From positions 62,489-126,488 of the forward strand of contig CAWGYN010000008.1 of assembly GCA_963826735.1 (NCBI GenBank): a DNA stretch of 64,000 bases, read 5' to 3'. Of the stretch, positions 24,125 to 34,553 are shown piece by piece (within the stretch, counting starts at the first letter, position 1; each line of letters starts with the position of its first letter). The notes under the pieces were generated by a model that did no database searches, was not told the origin of the DNA, and saw nothing but the letters and a program-made list of their open reading frames with translations. The stretch comes from an uncultured Acidobacteriota bacterium. Its GTDB lineage: Bacteria; Acidobacteriota; Terriglobia; Terriglobales; Acidobacteriaceae. Position numbers and translations under genes: made by a program.

Positions 24125-26660
24125 CTATTGAGGCTTCGGCGCCGGTGGCTGTGCCTCTGCACCCGAAGTTTCCTGCCCCTCAGGTGAAGCCGTTGGTGCC
24201 GCAGCCGGTGCTGGCCCCGGCGCGACAGGCAACGAGACCGTTTGCACCGGCGTCACCGGCAGTGTCAGCGTCTGCACCGTCGCGGGATCGTCGCGCAACT
24301 TCACATAGAGAACGCCATTCACCGGATGCGGAACGGTGAGCTGTGTCCCGGTGAACTGCGGCGGCACGTCATCCGGATTGTCAAAGTCCGGCGTCGCAGC
24401 AAACGACGTAGCCAGGAACAGATTGGTTCCGCTCAGCACGCAGGGCTTGGCCGGCGAGCGCGGGCAGCGCAGCGCATTGAAGCCGGGAAGGCGCACCAGC
24501 GTGCCCAGCGGCTGCCAGTCGCCGGCGGCACCCTCGGCGGAGATGGCGCGCACCCGCACCGGCCCGAAGGCCGAAGCGCCGAACCGGGCGAGCGGCTCCA
24601 GGCTACCCACCGCGGTGTGCGCATCTTCCAGCATCAGGCTGCCGTCGCTAAACGTCAGCATGGTGTGGAAGCTCGAGTCGCCCGCGGCCACTTCCACTTT
24701 TTCATCGCGCGGGAAGGTCGTGCGGTACCACCGACTTGAGGAAGAACACCAGCCTTCCCTCAACAGGCAGGTCGTCCGAGCTGCCCAGTTGCACTGTCGG
24801 CAGCGGCGCCGTGACGTCATTCTGCACGCCCTTGCTCAGCAGCGTCACCTGCGGCCGCGGCGGATCCACGGTCACCGGCGCTTTCAGCACGCGGCCGTCC
24901 TTCAGATCCACGTGCGCCACATAGTGTTTGCCGGGAACCAGGCTCGCCGTCGATCCGCCGGCGGTCATCAGCAATCCATCCAGGTCCCCCACCCGGTTCA
25001 GCACCCCGGGCGTGAGTTCGATGCGGTCGATCCGTGCCTTGGCGACCTCGTCGAGCCGCGTGCCCTTCAGCAGCGCGGTTTCGTCTCCCGCGCTCAGCGT
25101 CAGCCCTTCCAGCGAAGCCGCCGCGTCGTAGGCCTCCATAGCCAGCCGGTCCGGCTCCGCCAGTCCGAACTGATAAACGGCCACGCTCACCGGCCCCGGC
25201 GACGCGTCCTTCAGCGGCACCGTCACCTCCAGAGCTCCGGGTTTGGGCGACTTCCACTCCAACGCCAGGGTGTGATCCCCCTCCGTTTGCGCTTCTACCT
25301 TCTCGACGCACACTGTGGATGGCCCGTCGATGTGGAGCGTATCGTCGCGGCCCACGACCAGCGCCGATCGATCCGATGCCGTCAGCGTCCACTTGCCTGG
25401 CTGCGCCGCAACCAGCTGGTAGCGCGGGCCCTCCCAATCGTCGAATCCCCACTTGCCGCGCACCACGGCGGTCAAATCACCGCCCCGCTGCGCGGAAATT
25501 GCCTGTGTGGGAACCAGCCCACCCTTGCCCGGGTCGGCGGTCAGAGGCACGTCAAGCGTGGCGTGCTTCGCGCCCCCGTATTCGAGGTGCAGATACAGGT
25601 CGTGCGCCATCGCGGTCGCAAACACCAGCGGCGCTCCTTCGGCGGGCAGCACCAATCCCGGTTTCATGGCGCAAAAACTGTCAACGGGATTTACCGGATG
25701 CAGAGGCTCCGGCCGCGAAGGCCCGATGGGCGGCAGCGCCATCACCACCACCGACTTGGGGTTGAGGAACGACGGCGGCATATTCAGCCGCAGATTCAGG
25801 CTGTCGGCCGTGGGCAGCGCCAGCGCCGGAATGTACTGGAAGTGCGCGGTGTGCAACGAACTCAGGATCCTCGCCGTATCCACGATGGCGCCGATATAGG
25901 GGCTATATGCCCCGGCTCCGCCCATCGTCGTGTAGCTGAGCTCGTTCATCAGGTCGAGCGTGTTACCGTTGGCCAGCTGGGCCACCAGCGATTGCGCGTT
26001 GGCATCGTCAAGCACCATGCCTTCGGAGTTCTGCGAGAGGCACGAGGCCTGCTGATCGGCGGGTTTCTGAAAGCAGCTCTCGTTAATCTTGATGCCCAGG
26101 CTGCGCGCCGCCATCTCAGTGCGCGTCTTCAGCGCGGCGGGATCGAATTGCGACGTCACTTTCACGTCGTCCAGGTAGGCGTCCAGCCGCATCCGTTCCC
26201 AACTGGCGGCCTGCAGGTCCTGGGCGGCGCGCACAAACAAGCCCGGCCGCCCGCGCACCGCATTGCGCAGGGTCGTGAAATCGCCTCCCGTCTCTGGCGC
26301 GAGAAACAACAGTGCCTGCTGCGCCTCCGGAGGAACCTTCACAAAAACGCCCTCGTTGCGCACCTCGCGCGTCCATGTTTCCACGCGCGTAAACCACTCC
26401 GGCGGGGGCGGATTGGTCGATCCTCGCAGGAACGCCACCACCAGCACGAAATGGGTAGCCTGGCTCTCGGGCAGGTCGGGATGAATCCACAAACGGTCGC
26501 CGGGAAGAAGATTGGGCGTCTCGGAGATGGGCAGCGTCACCTCGCCGCGTTTCACGTGCACATCCACTTTCGGTCCGGAGAGATCGAAGGGCGCTCCTTC
26601 GGCGTAAAGTGAGGAGGATGCCAGGCAAAACATCAGCAAATACTGCAGACCACGGCGCAT
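24125..26660 (-). CDS. Large secreted hypothetical protein (one frameshift near 24720)
   Basis: Signal peptide MRRGLQYLLMFCLASSSLYA; ORFs 24702-26660 and 24125-24820 join into one coherent protein with a Pro/Ala-rich tail. Confidence 0.7.
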
Positions 26661-26985
26661 ACTTCTATTCTACGAACTGGAGGCGTCCCCTGCCCCAAAG
26701 GTCCCCGATGCGAAGATTCCTGCGAATTTACGTGTATATCGTGGTTTTTGCGCTAAAATCTTGTCACAAATAAGATTGCTGGCTCAAATCCGCTCGGGAT
26801 AGGCTGGAAGCCGGCGCATAGTAACCATCGTTAATCGTAAGCCCGAAAATGGACTGTATTCCCTTTTATCTCCGGCTGGATAGATGCACGCGTATAGAGA
26901 ACCAGCCATTGAAATACTCTTAGCGCATTGTTAATTGGGCTGTACGGACGAGCGCAAGCCTGTCTTCTTTATTCCAGAGAGCCGG

Positions 26986-27180
26986 ATGAAAAATCATAGA
27001 TCGAAGATTGCTGCCTTACGTCCGCAGCGTAGCACCGAGCCGAATTTGCCGGCCGGTGAACGTGCTGGTTCTCCGGATACCGGCGGCAATATTGGGAGAG
27101 AACGAGATGAAATCGACGAGAGGTTCCGCAGATTCAAGCAGAAAATGGCAATCTCAGCATCCCCGCCGCTGAGGAGATGA
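26986..27180 (+). CDS. Small hypothetical protein
   Basis: ATG at 26986; its stop overlaps the next start (ATGA). Confidence 0.4.
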   Translation: MKNHRSKIAALRPQRSTEPNLPAGERAGSPDTGGNIGRERDEIDERFRRFKQKMAISASPPLRR

Positions 27181-27819
27181 TCGAAGAAGCATTAAACGAG
27201 CTGGCATTCACACAGGATCCCGGCCTGGTGCGCGCCCTGCGCTTTCTCGCGCCTCCGGGCTACCAGGCCATCGTGGAGCTGTGCAGCGAAAACGGCCGCA
27301 GCAAACGCCGCAACGCATCGGCCGATACCTGGTCGCCGGAGGACGACGAGGTGCGCATCTACTTCGAGCGCATCGAAGGCGGACGAGCCGGTGCCGCGGC
27401 CGGGCCGCGCGACACGCGCCGACCATCAAGCCGTCAACGAAGATGAAGTGAGCCCGTGCTTCCGGCCGACATGGATGCGCGCGTGAAAGAACTGTGCACG
27501 GCGCTGGCTGAAGCCGAGCGCGGCGGTCACGCCTTCATCGCGCTCAAGTGGTTTCGCGATTCCTTCCTGCCCGCGCAAGGCCTTTCGCTGGAACCAGCAT
27601 CCTGAAACCCGGCAGACGGTGCTGGCCGAAGCCATTCAGCGCGGCGTGGTGCTCACCAGCAAGATCGCCAACCCCAAAACGCCCGCCTATCCCACCACCA
27701 CCATCCGCCTCAACCGCGCTGAAGCGGGCATTCCCGAGGAGGCGCAGCGCTTCCATCCCGTCGACGTGCAGGGCGAGCCTGTCGCGGCCACCATCGATGA
27801 GGAACGGGGGATGGAGTGA
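27177..27819 (+). CDS. Hypothetical protein with putative winged-helix domain and antitoxin-like tail (frameshifted)
   Basis: AGGAG RBS; pieces MIEEALNELAF..., FIALKWFRDSFL..., VLAEAIQRGVVLTSKIANPKTPAYPTTTIRLNR...GEPVAATIDEERG; GTGA overlap with the PIN gene. Confidence 0.6.
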
Positions 27820-28335
27820 GTTTCTTTTTCCTGGAGGCGACAGCTTTCGCCAAGCTGTTTGTGCGCGAGCCGGGAACCGACGCGCTCATTCGGCTGATGG
27901 AGACCGTCGAGGACAACCGCAAGCTGATCTCGGCTGCCACGCCGCTTGAGGTCTACGCCGCCATCCGCCGCCGCGAGCGCGCCGGGCAAATCGCGCCTGA
28001 AGCCGCCGTCACCGCGTTCGAGCTGTTGCGGGTCGAAGCGCGCGCGCATGGTGCAGCAGCCGCTGAATCCGGGCGTGCTTGAGGCGGCCCGGCAGCTTCT
28101 CGATCGCACCGCGCTGCGCTGGCCTGAGGCCCTGCAGCTGGGCGCCGCGCTGGCCGCGCGCGACATGTTTCCCGGCACGCGCATCACCTTCGTCTCCGCC
28201 TCCCGGACGCTGCTTGAAGCCGCCCGTGCCGAGGGGCTCGACCCCATCGATCCCGCCAAGCTGCCGGCGCCCGAAACTGCGCTCGAAATCGAAGCCGCCA
28301 AAGCCACCGATGCCACAGGCGATTCGGAGTCGTAA
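27816..28335 (+). CDS. VapC-like PIN-domain protein (frameshifted near 28040)
   Basis: FFLEATAFAKLFVREPGT...LEVYAAIRRRER...ALRWPEALQLGAAL...FVSASRTLLEAARAEGL follows the pattern yfDtSalvKlyv.E.gs...Lr.lDAlqLasA...fvtaD..L..AA..EGL. Confidence 0.75.
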
Positions 28336-28413
28336 AAGGGCACAATCCAGCCGTGCGGATTTCCAGACTGGCGCCTTCTCGGAACACAATCACCAAATCG
28401 TGCGGATGAACCG

Positions 28414-29811
28414 CTAGCGTTGCTCCGAGGCCACTTCAATTCTGGGCAGTTCCGTCTCTTTGCTCTTTCCCTGCTCCAGCTTGCCGCCATGACGCCGATC
28501 CGATCGCAACAGGAGGAAGGCGAAAATGAGCCCGGCCACGCCAAGGCACGCGAACATGATCTGCGTCGCAGTGTAGGATCCGGTGACGTCGCGGAGCTTG
28601 CCATTCAGGAGCGGGAATAGCCCGAGCCCCAAGTTCTGGATAGCCGTCATAAGTCCGAAGGCCGTGCCCACGCGCTTCTCCTCTACCACCAGCGGAACCG
28701 AGGGCCACATGGCTGCGGGAACCAGCACGAAGGCTGCGCCCAGCACGATCATGCTGGGGACTGGATTCCAGTGGGTGATGCCCATGATGAGGTGAGCGGG
28801 AATCAGCATCAGTGAGCCCACGACCATCAGCGTGGCCCGCTTGCCGATGCGATCAATCAGGTCGCCGGCGAAGGGCGCGAAGACCATGGACGCGAAGATG
28901 ATGATGCTGGTCATTCCCGGCGCCGTCGAGAACATATGCTGGAAGTTGACGAAGGCCTGGGACAGGAAGCCGCCTGTGGATGCACTGACCAGCGGGATGC
29001 CCCACTTGTCGTGGAACATGTCAGTCGCGAGGGCCGTGAAGGGAAAGATGGCGCTATAGAAGGTGACGCAGAGCAGGACAACGTACCAGTAGGAAGAGTT
29101 GAATTTCCGGATATCGGACAAGACAATCTTGTCGCCGCCCTCCGGTTTGGGGAGCGCGAGTACCTTCTCGCCATGCAGGTCCATGGCGTTGTACACCAGG
29201 TTGCAGAGCACGCTGAACAGGCAGAAGCCCGCTGCTGCCCAAAGCGCGACGCGGTAGCTGCCGAAGTAGCGGGCGATGAGTTCTTCAGTGTTGAAGCTGA
29301 AGAGGGTCCCGACGCGGCTGATGGTGAGAGCGATGCCGAAGGCAAGGGCCATCTCCTTGCCCTTGAACCAGCGGCTGATGATAGCGCTCTGCACCACGAT
29401 CAGCGATTCCGAGCCGGCGCCGAAGATCAACCGCCCGGCGAAGAGCTCCCACCGGGATTGGGCCAGGGCTACGATTGTGGCGCCCACCAGGACGAGCGTA
29501 CAGAACAAAAGGCTTGCCCGGCGGGGGCCCAGCTTGTCGTAGAGCATGCCCCCGAAAAAGACAATGACGATGGCGGCCACAGAATAAGCCGTGTAGAGAT
29601 TGCCGATGGTGCTGCGATCCAGATGGAGATCCGCGATCAGCGTGGGCGCGAGAGCGCCGATGCTGTCGTAGGCGAAATAGCTTCCCAAAACCAGCAGGCT
29701 GATGAACATCAGGATGGTGAAGCGGTAGGGACGCCTGGACGGATGGAAGAATCCCATGGATTCCGGAGCTGTGTTTTCGGAAACGAGCGGACGGCCTGCG
29801 GGATCGGACAT
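28414..29811 (-). CDS. MFS transporter (MFSD1-like)
   Basis: About 12 TM segments; GSYFAYDSIG, DKLGPRR, GRLIFGAGSESL, WFKGKEMALAFG and GTAFGLMTAIQN motifs. Confidence 0.88.
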   Translation of the reverse strand: MSDPAGRPLVSENTAPESMGFFHPSRRPYRFTILMFISLLVLGSYFAYDSIGALAPTLIADLHLDRSTIGNLYTAYSVAAIVIVFFGGMLYDKLGPRRASLLFCTLVLVGATIVALAQSRWELFAGRLIFGAGSESLIVVQSAIISRWFKGKEMALAFGIALTISRVGTLFSFNTEELIARYFGSYRVALWAAAGFCLFSVLCNLVYNAMDLHGEKVLALPKPEGGDKIVLSDIRKFNSSYWYVVLLCVTFYSAIFPFTALATDMFHDKWGIPLVSASTGGFLSQAFVNFQHMFSTAPGMTSIIIFASMVFAPFAGDLIDRIGKRATLMVVGSLMLIPAHLIMGITHWNPVPSMIVLGAAFVLVPAAMWPSVPLVVEEKRVGTAFGLMTAIQNLGLGLFPLLNGKLRDVTGSYTATQIMFACLGVAGLIFAFLLLRSDRRHGGKLEQGKSKETELPRIEVASEQR

Positions 29812-30026
29812 GAACGTGAGACTCCTCAGAGCACGGCGAAGCCGCGAAATCGATTCGCCGTGAGGGCGGCGTGAGGTCCGCAACCCGAGAATAGCAGAGG
29901 CTCCGCACTCTACTGGCGTGGCGCAAGAACCCGTCAGGATGGTGACTTCGAATACCCCTCCATCTTGCGACCATCAAATCTAACAGGAGCCCGTGCTAAA
30001 TTGTGCGTATCTGAAGGTGAATTACC

Positions 30027-32231
30027 TTGGGTGGAACTGGCGCAGAGACAATCCGTTTCGGCGAGTTTGAGCTGGACCTGCGCGCGGGCGAATTGCGCCG
30101 CGGCTCGGCGCGCATTCGCCTGCAGGAGCAGCCGTTTCAAATCCTGCTCATGCTTCTCGAGAAGCCCGGCGGAGTTGTGACGCGCGAAGAGATTCGCAAG
30201 CGTCTCTGGCCCAACGATACCGTCGTCGAGTTCGATCACAGCATCGGTACCGCTATCAAAAAGCTGCGTCAAGCGCTGGACGATGAGGCCGGTAGCCCGC
30301 GCTACGTCGAAACCCTGCCGCGCCGCGGCTTCCGCCTCATGGTTCCTGTGGTGCAGGAGGCAGCTGCGGCTGAAGAGCCGACCGCGACCCTGGCTCCGGC
30401 CAGTAGTCCAGGCGCGCCTGGACGGGAGGCCGCGGCAGCGGCATCGGCAACCGCGCGCGCGAGACGTGGCTGGCTGCTCCTGGCAGGGCTTGCGGTGGTG
30501 CTCGTGTGCGCCCTCGGCTGGCTCGGCTGGCGCTTGCTGAAAACGCCGAGGGTGCCCACGGGGGAAACGCTGGATGTCTCGAGCCTGGCCCAGGTGACTT
30601 CGTCAACTGGCCTCGACATCGATCCTGCGCTTTCGCCCGACGGAAGCTTCCTCGCCTACAGCTCGAATCAGAACGGCAACTTCGAAATATACGTGAAGCC
30701 TTTGGCACCGGGCAGCCGCGAAGTGCAACTCACTGCAGATGGCGGGCAGAATTTCCAGCCGGCATGGTCGCCTGACGGCAAGCAGATCGCCTATCACTCG
30801 CAGAAGCACGGCGGCATCTGGCTGATTCCGGCGCTGGGCGGCACTACACGCTTGCTCTCGGACTTTGGCTCCAGGCCGGAGTGGTCGCCGGACGGAACCG
30901 CGATCGCATTCCAATCTGTGGGAACTCTCGATCTGGGCATCACTGCCTTTCCCGCTATGCCACCCTCCACCATTTGGACTGTGACCGTGCAAGGAGACGT
31001 TCTGCGGCAACTTACGTACCCGGGGAATCCCGCCGGTGGCCACGGCGCGCCGGTTTGGTCGCCGGATGGGAAGACCATCGCGTTCAACACCACGAACACG
31101 ACCCTCGGCGAGATCTGGTCGGTGTCGGCCAGTGGCGGCGCGCCCCAGCGGATGCTGGGCAATGGCGTGCTCTTCCCGGTGTACACGCCCAATGGAAAGG
31201 CTCTCTACTTTACCAAAGGTTTTGGACCGACATTCTTACTCATGCGCGTGGCGTTGTCGCCCACCGGCGCGGTTGCCGGCGCTCCGGAGTTGATCGAAAA
31301 CACGGGTCAGACGTTGTATGCGCATCTGCGCTTCTCGGCGAATGGAAAGATCGCGACATTCTCGCGGCTTTCCGCCGTCAACAGCCTGCAGTCGTTGCGC
31401 ATTACACCCATCACCGGGGAGGCCATCGGCGAGCCGGAAGCGCTTACGCACGACACTAACGGCCGCAAGACAGCCCCGGTGTTTTCGCCAGACGGAAAGA
31501 CGATCGCTTATGCCATTTTTCAGGTCGGCGAGCATTGGGCGGTCTGGCTGATGGACCCTGACGGGAAGAACGCCCGACCCGCGGACGCAGAGCAGGATAT
31601 TGCCATCTTCCAGGGATGGTTTCCCGACAGCCGGCGCATCGCATACATTCTTCGTGCAGATGGCCGCAATACTCTGGAATCGCTTGACGTCATTTCGGGA
31701 GAGAAGCAGGCTTTACGCGAATTGAGCGTGGCCAACTCGACCATGCGGCTCTCGCCCGACGGCAAGCAGATCGCCTATGACATTGAACAGGGCGGAGTCC
31801 TGAACGTCTGGGTCGTTCCCGTGACGGGCGGTCCGCCTCGCCAGCTCACCTTCGGTAAGGAGTCGGTCGGGTTTCCCTGCTGGTCGCCGGACGGGGAATT
31901 CCTCGCCCTCGACCTGAAGGGCGAGGGCCACGAAGATGTTGGGGTGATTCCCAGCGCGGGCGGAGCACTAGTCCAACTCACCTCCGGCCAGGGGGTGAAT
32001 TGGTCGCACGGTTGGTCGCCGGATGGAGACAAGGTCGTCTTTGCAGGCCAGCGCGATGGGGTGTGGAACGTCTGGTGGGTTTCGCGGCGAACCAGGCAAG
32101 AAAAGCAGGTTACGCATTACACCATGAACAACACTTACGTGCGCTATCCCTCCTGGTCGCCTCACGGCGACCAGATTGTGTATGAATACACGGAGACCAC
32201 CGGCAACATCTGGACCATGCGCGTCAAATAA
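30027..32231 (+). CDS. CadC/ToxR-like membrane regulator: OmpR-type winged helix, TM segment and PD40/TolB-like beta-propellers
   Basis: RFGEFELD...RLQEQPFQIL...VVTREE...LWP...YVETLPRRGFR; one TM; many (W/F)SPDG repeats. Confidence 0.9.
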   Translation: MGGTGAETIRFGEFELDLRAGELRRGSARIRLQEQPFQILLMLLEKPGGVVTREEIRKRLWPNDTVVEFDHSIGTAIKKLRQALDDEAGSPRYVETLPRRGFRLMVPVVQEAAAAEEPTATLAPASSPGAPGREAAAAASATARARRGWLLLAGLAVVLVCALGWLGWRLLKTPRVPTGETLDVSSLAQVTSSTGLDIDPALSPDGSFLAYSSNQNGNFEIYVKPLAPGSREVQLTADGGQNFQPAWSPDGKQIAYHSQKHGGIWLIPALGGTTRLLSDFGSRPEWSPDGTAIAFQSVGTLDLGITAFPAMPPSTIWTVTVQGDVLRQLTYPGNPAGGHGAPVWSPDGKTIAFNTTNTTLGEIWSVSASGGAPQRMLGNGVLFPVYTPNGKALYFTKGFGPTFLLMRVALSPTGAVAGAPELIENTGQTLYAHLRFSANGKIATFSRLSAVNSLQSLRITPITGEAIGEPEALTHDTNGRKTAPVFSPDGKTIAYAIFQVGEHWAVWLMDPDGKNARPADAEQDIAIFQGWFPDSRRIAYILRADGRNTLESLDVISGEKQALRELSVANSTMRLSPDGKQIAYDIEQGGVLNVWVVPVTGGPPRQLTFGKESVGFPCWSPDGEFLALDLKGEGHEDVGVIPSAGGALVQLTSGQGVNWSHGWSPDGDKVVFAGQRDGVWNVWWVSRRTRQEKQVTHYTMNNTYVRYPSWSPHGDQIVYEYTETTGNIWTMRVK

Positions 32232-32258
32232 TCACTCGGCGACCAAAATGCTGCGTCC

Positions 32259-32388
32259 GTGTCCCATCCTTTTCCGCGCTCTTTGCGGAAATGGGTGGGA
32301 TAGTACGAACCCCAATTACTCCTCAACGCAGCACGAAAAGGGGCGCCCCACCTTTGCGACGCTTTTGTTTTTGTCACTAAGGTGGGGA
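32259..32388. repeat. Pair of GTGCCCCA...TGGGA REP-like palindromes between convergent genes
   Basis: Hairpins at 32259-32300 and 32341-32388; family members at 22914-22947, 50885-50917, 50962-51003 and 55090-55122. Confidence 0.75.
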
Positions 32389-32429
32389 GTTTCTGACTTG
32401 CCGACTCGCTGACCCGCTGGCGCGCTTCA

Positions 32430-33113
32430 TTACCGGCCATTCGTAGCAACCCTGGTCTGGGTCTGCGCCTGCCGCGTCCGGGCTTCCTGAACCAGCCGCG
32501 TGTCCATCTGGCGAGCCTGGTCTGCCGTGAAGTACATCTCGCTGCCGGCCAGGACGCTCAAATCACTGCTCGTCCAACGCGCCTTCATGATGCCGGTCCG
32601 GGAACTGGCATTCGTACCCAGCAGCAGGCTGCCGATCTCGCGCGCCATCACACGGCCGGCCAGTACGTCCACAGCCGTCGTATCGCCGCCCGCCCGCTCG
32701 CTGATGCGCTCGTAAAAGATTGCCGCGCGGTGCGATGCGCCGCCGTCCGCCGCCCCGAACGTGTCGCCTATCCCGAGTTTGTCCGCCATCGAGTTCGGCA
32801 GGATTGACACGATATAGTCGTCGGGCTGGGTCGCTGCGCAGCCGGAGAAATCCTTCGTGGCGTCGTGCGAGGTCGGGCAGTCCTGCCATTGCGTCGTCAC
32901 GCCGGCCTGCGCCAGAATCCGCGACGCTTCTCGCTCCGCCGCCGCCAGGGTCGCGTGGTTCACTTGCGCGTAGTCGTAAACGCGCAGCGTAATGGTGGCG
33001 CGGCTCGTCTCCACGTCACGGTTGTTCTTCGCCCAGGCCGCGGATCCTGCAACCGTTGCTGCAACCACCGCCAAACCTGCCATCTGCATCACCAACATCG
33101 CTGTCCGGTTCAT
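32430..33113 (-). CDS. Secreted hypothetical protein with a degenerate zincin-like motif
   Basis: AGGAG RBS; signal peptide; ITLRVYDYAQV...AEREASRILAQAGV...GRVMAREIGSLLLG...GIM. Confidence 0.7.
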   Translation of the reverse strand: MNRTAMLVMQMAGLAVVAATVAGSAAWAKNNRDVETSRATITLRVYDYAQVNHATLAAAEREASRILAQAGVTTQWQDCPTSHDATKDFSGCAATQPDDYIVSILPNSMADKLGIGDTFGAADGGASHRAAIFYERISERAGGDTTAVDVLAGRVMAREIGSLLLGTNASSRTGIMKARWTSSDLSVLAGSEMYFTADQARQMDTRLVQEARTRQAQTQTRVATNGR

Positions 33114-33187
33114 CGTTTTTCTCCTCCGCGGGTTGCGCGGTGAGATCGACTTTGCGCGATCGGCCCTGAAAGGTCGATGCACCGGAG

Positions 33188-33216
33188 ATGAACTAAACTT
33201 GGACTGAAAATGAACT
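33188..33216. promoter_or_regulatory. Three direct repeats with 11-bp period (OmpR/PhoB-type operator candidate)
   Basis: ATGAACT-aaac-TTGGACT-gaaa-ATGAACT, about 75 bp upstream of the 33113 start. Confidence 0.45.
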
Positions 33217-33416
33217 CATAAGTAATTTTCTATCAATCACTTACTAGATTTTCCATTCGATGACACCGCGTGCGAAAAGGTGCGATGAACTTGGTTTCGT
33301 GGTCTATATTGCGCCGCAAGGACAAGACGGGCAGCGCCATGGCTCAAGCAGGACGCGAACGCATCGAGTCCCCGCCCTGCCTGAAACGAAGTATTCCCGT
33401 TGCAGGAGCGCAGCGC

Positions 33417-34439
33417 CTACTGCTGCCCGACCTCGACAATCATGAAGGTGTCAGGCTTCGGCGCAGGTCGGCGCTGCCCCGGAGCAAGAGGCAGTAGCTC
33501 TGCCGTGGGCAGATAAAGGGTGTGCGTGGAGTGATCGACACCCATGGTGCGCGCCCCGAATGGCGTCTTCACCACTTGCTCGACTTCGAATTTTCCATTC
33601 TTCCGGTCGATCACGATCAACGACCCGTCACCGCAGCTCGCAAAGATAAGATCGCCATCTGTCTTGACGGCATCGACGCCCGCGCCGATGGGCAGGTCTG
33701 CCACAATCTTGCCGTCATCCGTGCTCATCACGATCAGCATTTGCGGATTCCTGCAGCCGATGAATAGGAGATGGTTCTTCTTATCGAGCGCCAACCCCAC
33801 CGGATGGCCGCCCGGCGCAACAGGCCAGCGCGCGATCACCTTGCGGGTCTTGAGATCCAGCACAGCCAGGACGTCCTTGTCCTCGAGGTTGATATAAACC
33901 TTCCCGTCGCCGTCGGCAGCGAGAAATTCCGGCGCACCGCCCAGTTCAATCGGCGCATCGATCTTGCCATTCACGGGATCGATATCCGGCTTGAAAGTCA
34001 TCAGCTTGTTCCCGTCGCCGGAGACAGCGAGGACCATATTCTGCCCCTCGTCATAAATAATGCCGTCAGAGTCGGGCATGGTAGCGAGTTTGCCCAGGAC
34101 GGCATACGTCTTGAGATCGAAGATCAGGACAGCGCCGTCGCCACCGCCATCGGTGATGAAGCCGCGGCCCAGCGCCGGAACAAGCGCCGTCCCATGCGAA
34201 CGCTTCTGGCCGGGAATATCGCCCAGAACTTTGCCGCCGGCGGCGTCGATGACCATGGTGTGGGTACTGCGGGTGACGAACAGGCGGTGCGTCTGCGAAT
34301 CAGCGGTGAGATAGTCCCATCCGCCGTCGCCACCGATGTGCACGGTCTTTGTGACATCCCATTTGGCCTGGGCCAGAGCTGGCATAGAACCGGCCACGAA
34401 CACCGCCATCGACAGCATGATCATCTGTAGGTTTCGCAT
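33417..34439 (-). CDS. YncE-family secreted beta-propeller protein
   Basis: Signal peptide; GGDGGWDYL, GGAPEF, YINLED, IGAGVDA and GARTM motifs. Confidence 0.85.
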   Translation of the reverse strand: MRNLQMIMLSMAVFVAGSMPALAQAKWDVTKTVHIGGDGGWDYLTADSQTHRLFVTRSTHTMVIDAAGGKVLGDIPGQKRSHGTALVPALGRGFITDGGGDGAVLIFDLKTYAVLGKLATMPDSDGIIYDEGQNMVLAVSGDGNKLMTFKPDIDPVNGKIDAPIELGGAPEFLAADGDGKVYINLEDKDVLAVLDLKTRKVIARWPVAPGGHPVGLALDKKNHLLFIGCRNPQMLIVMSTDDGKIVADLPIGAGVDAVKTDGDLIFASCGDGSLIVIDRKNGKFEVEQVVKTPFGARTMGVDHSTHTLYLPTAELLPLAPGQRRPAPKPDTFMIVEVGQQ

Positions 34440-34553
34440 CTTAATTTCTCCTGGGTCGGCCCCATGCCGAGAGATCAATTCGCAAGCACTGGGCCGGCAA
34501 CGATCACGATAGCACACGAATCAAAAGCGACGATGAAGGCGGAAAGGCAAAGC

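Noticed and set aside
18626-26612. Long antisense ORFs (18626-20164, 20270-21649, 24336-26612) and similar ones elsewhere
   Set aside because: They are shadows of GC-rich genes on the opposite strand and have no motifs of their own.
29880-29970. tRNA-like sequence suggested by TTCGAAT
   Set aside because: No cloverleaf or acceptor stem could be built; no tRNA or rRNA genes were recognised in the window.
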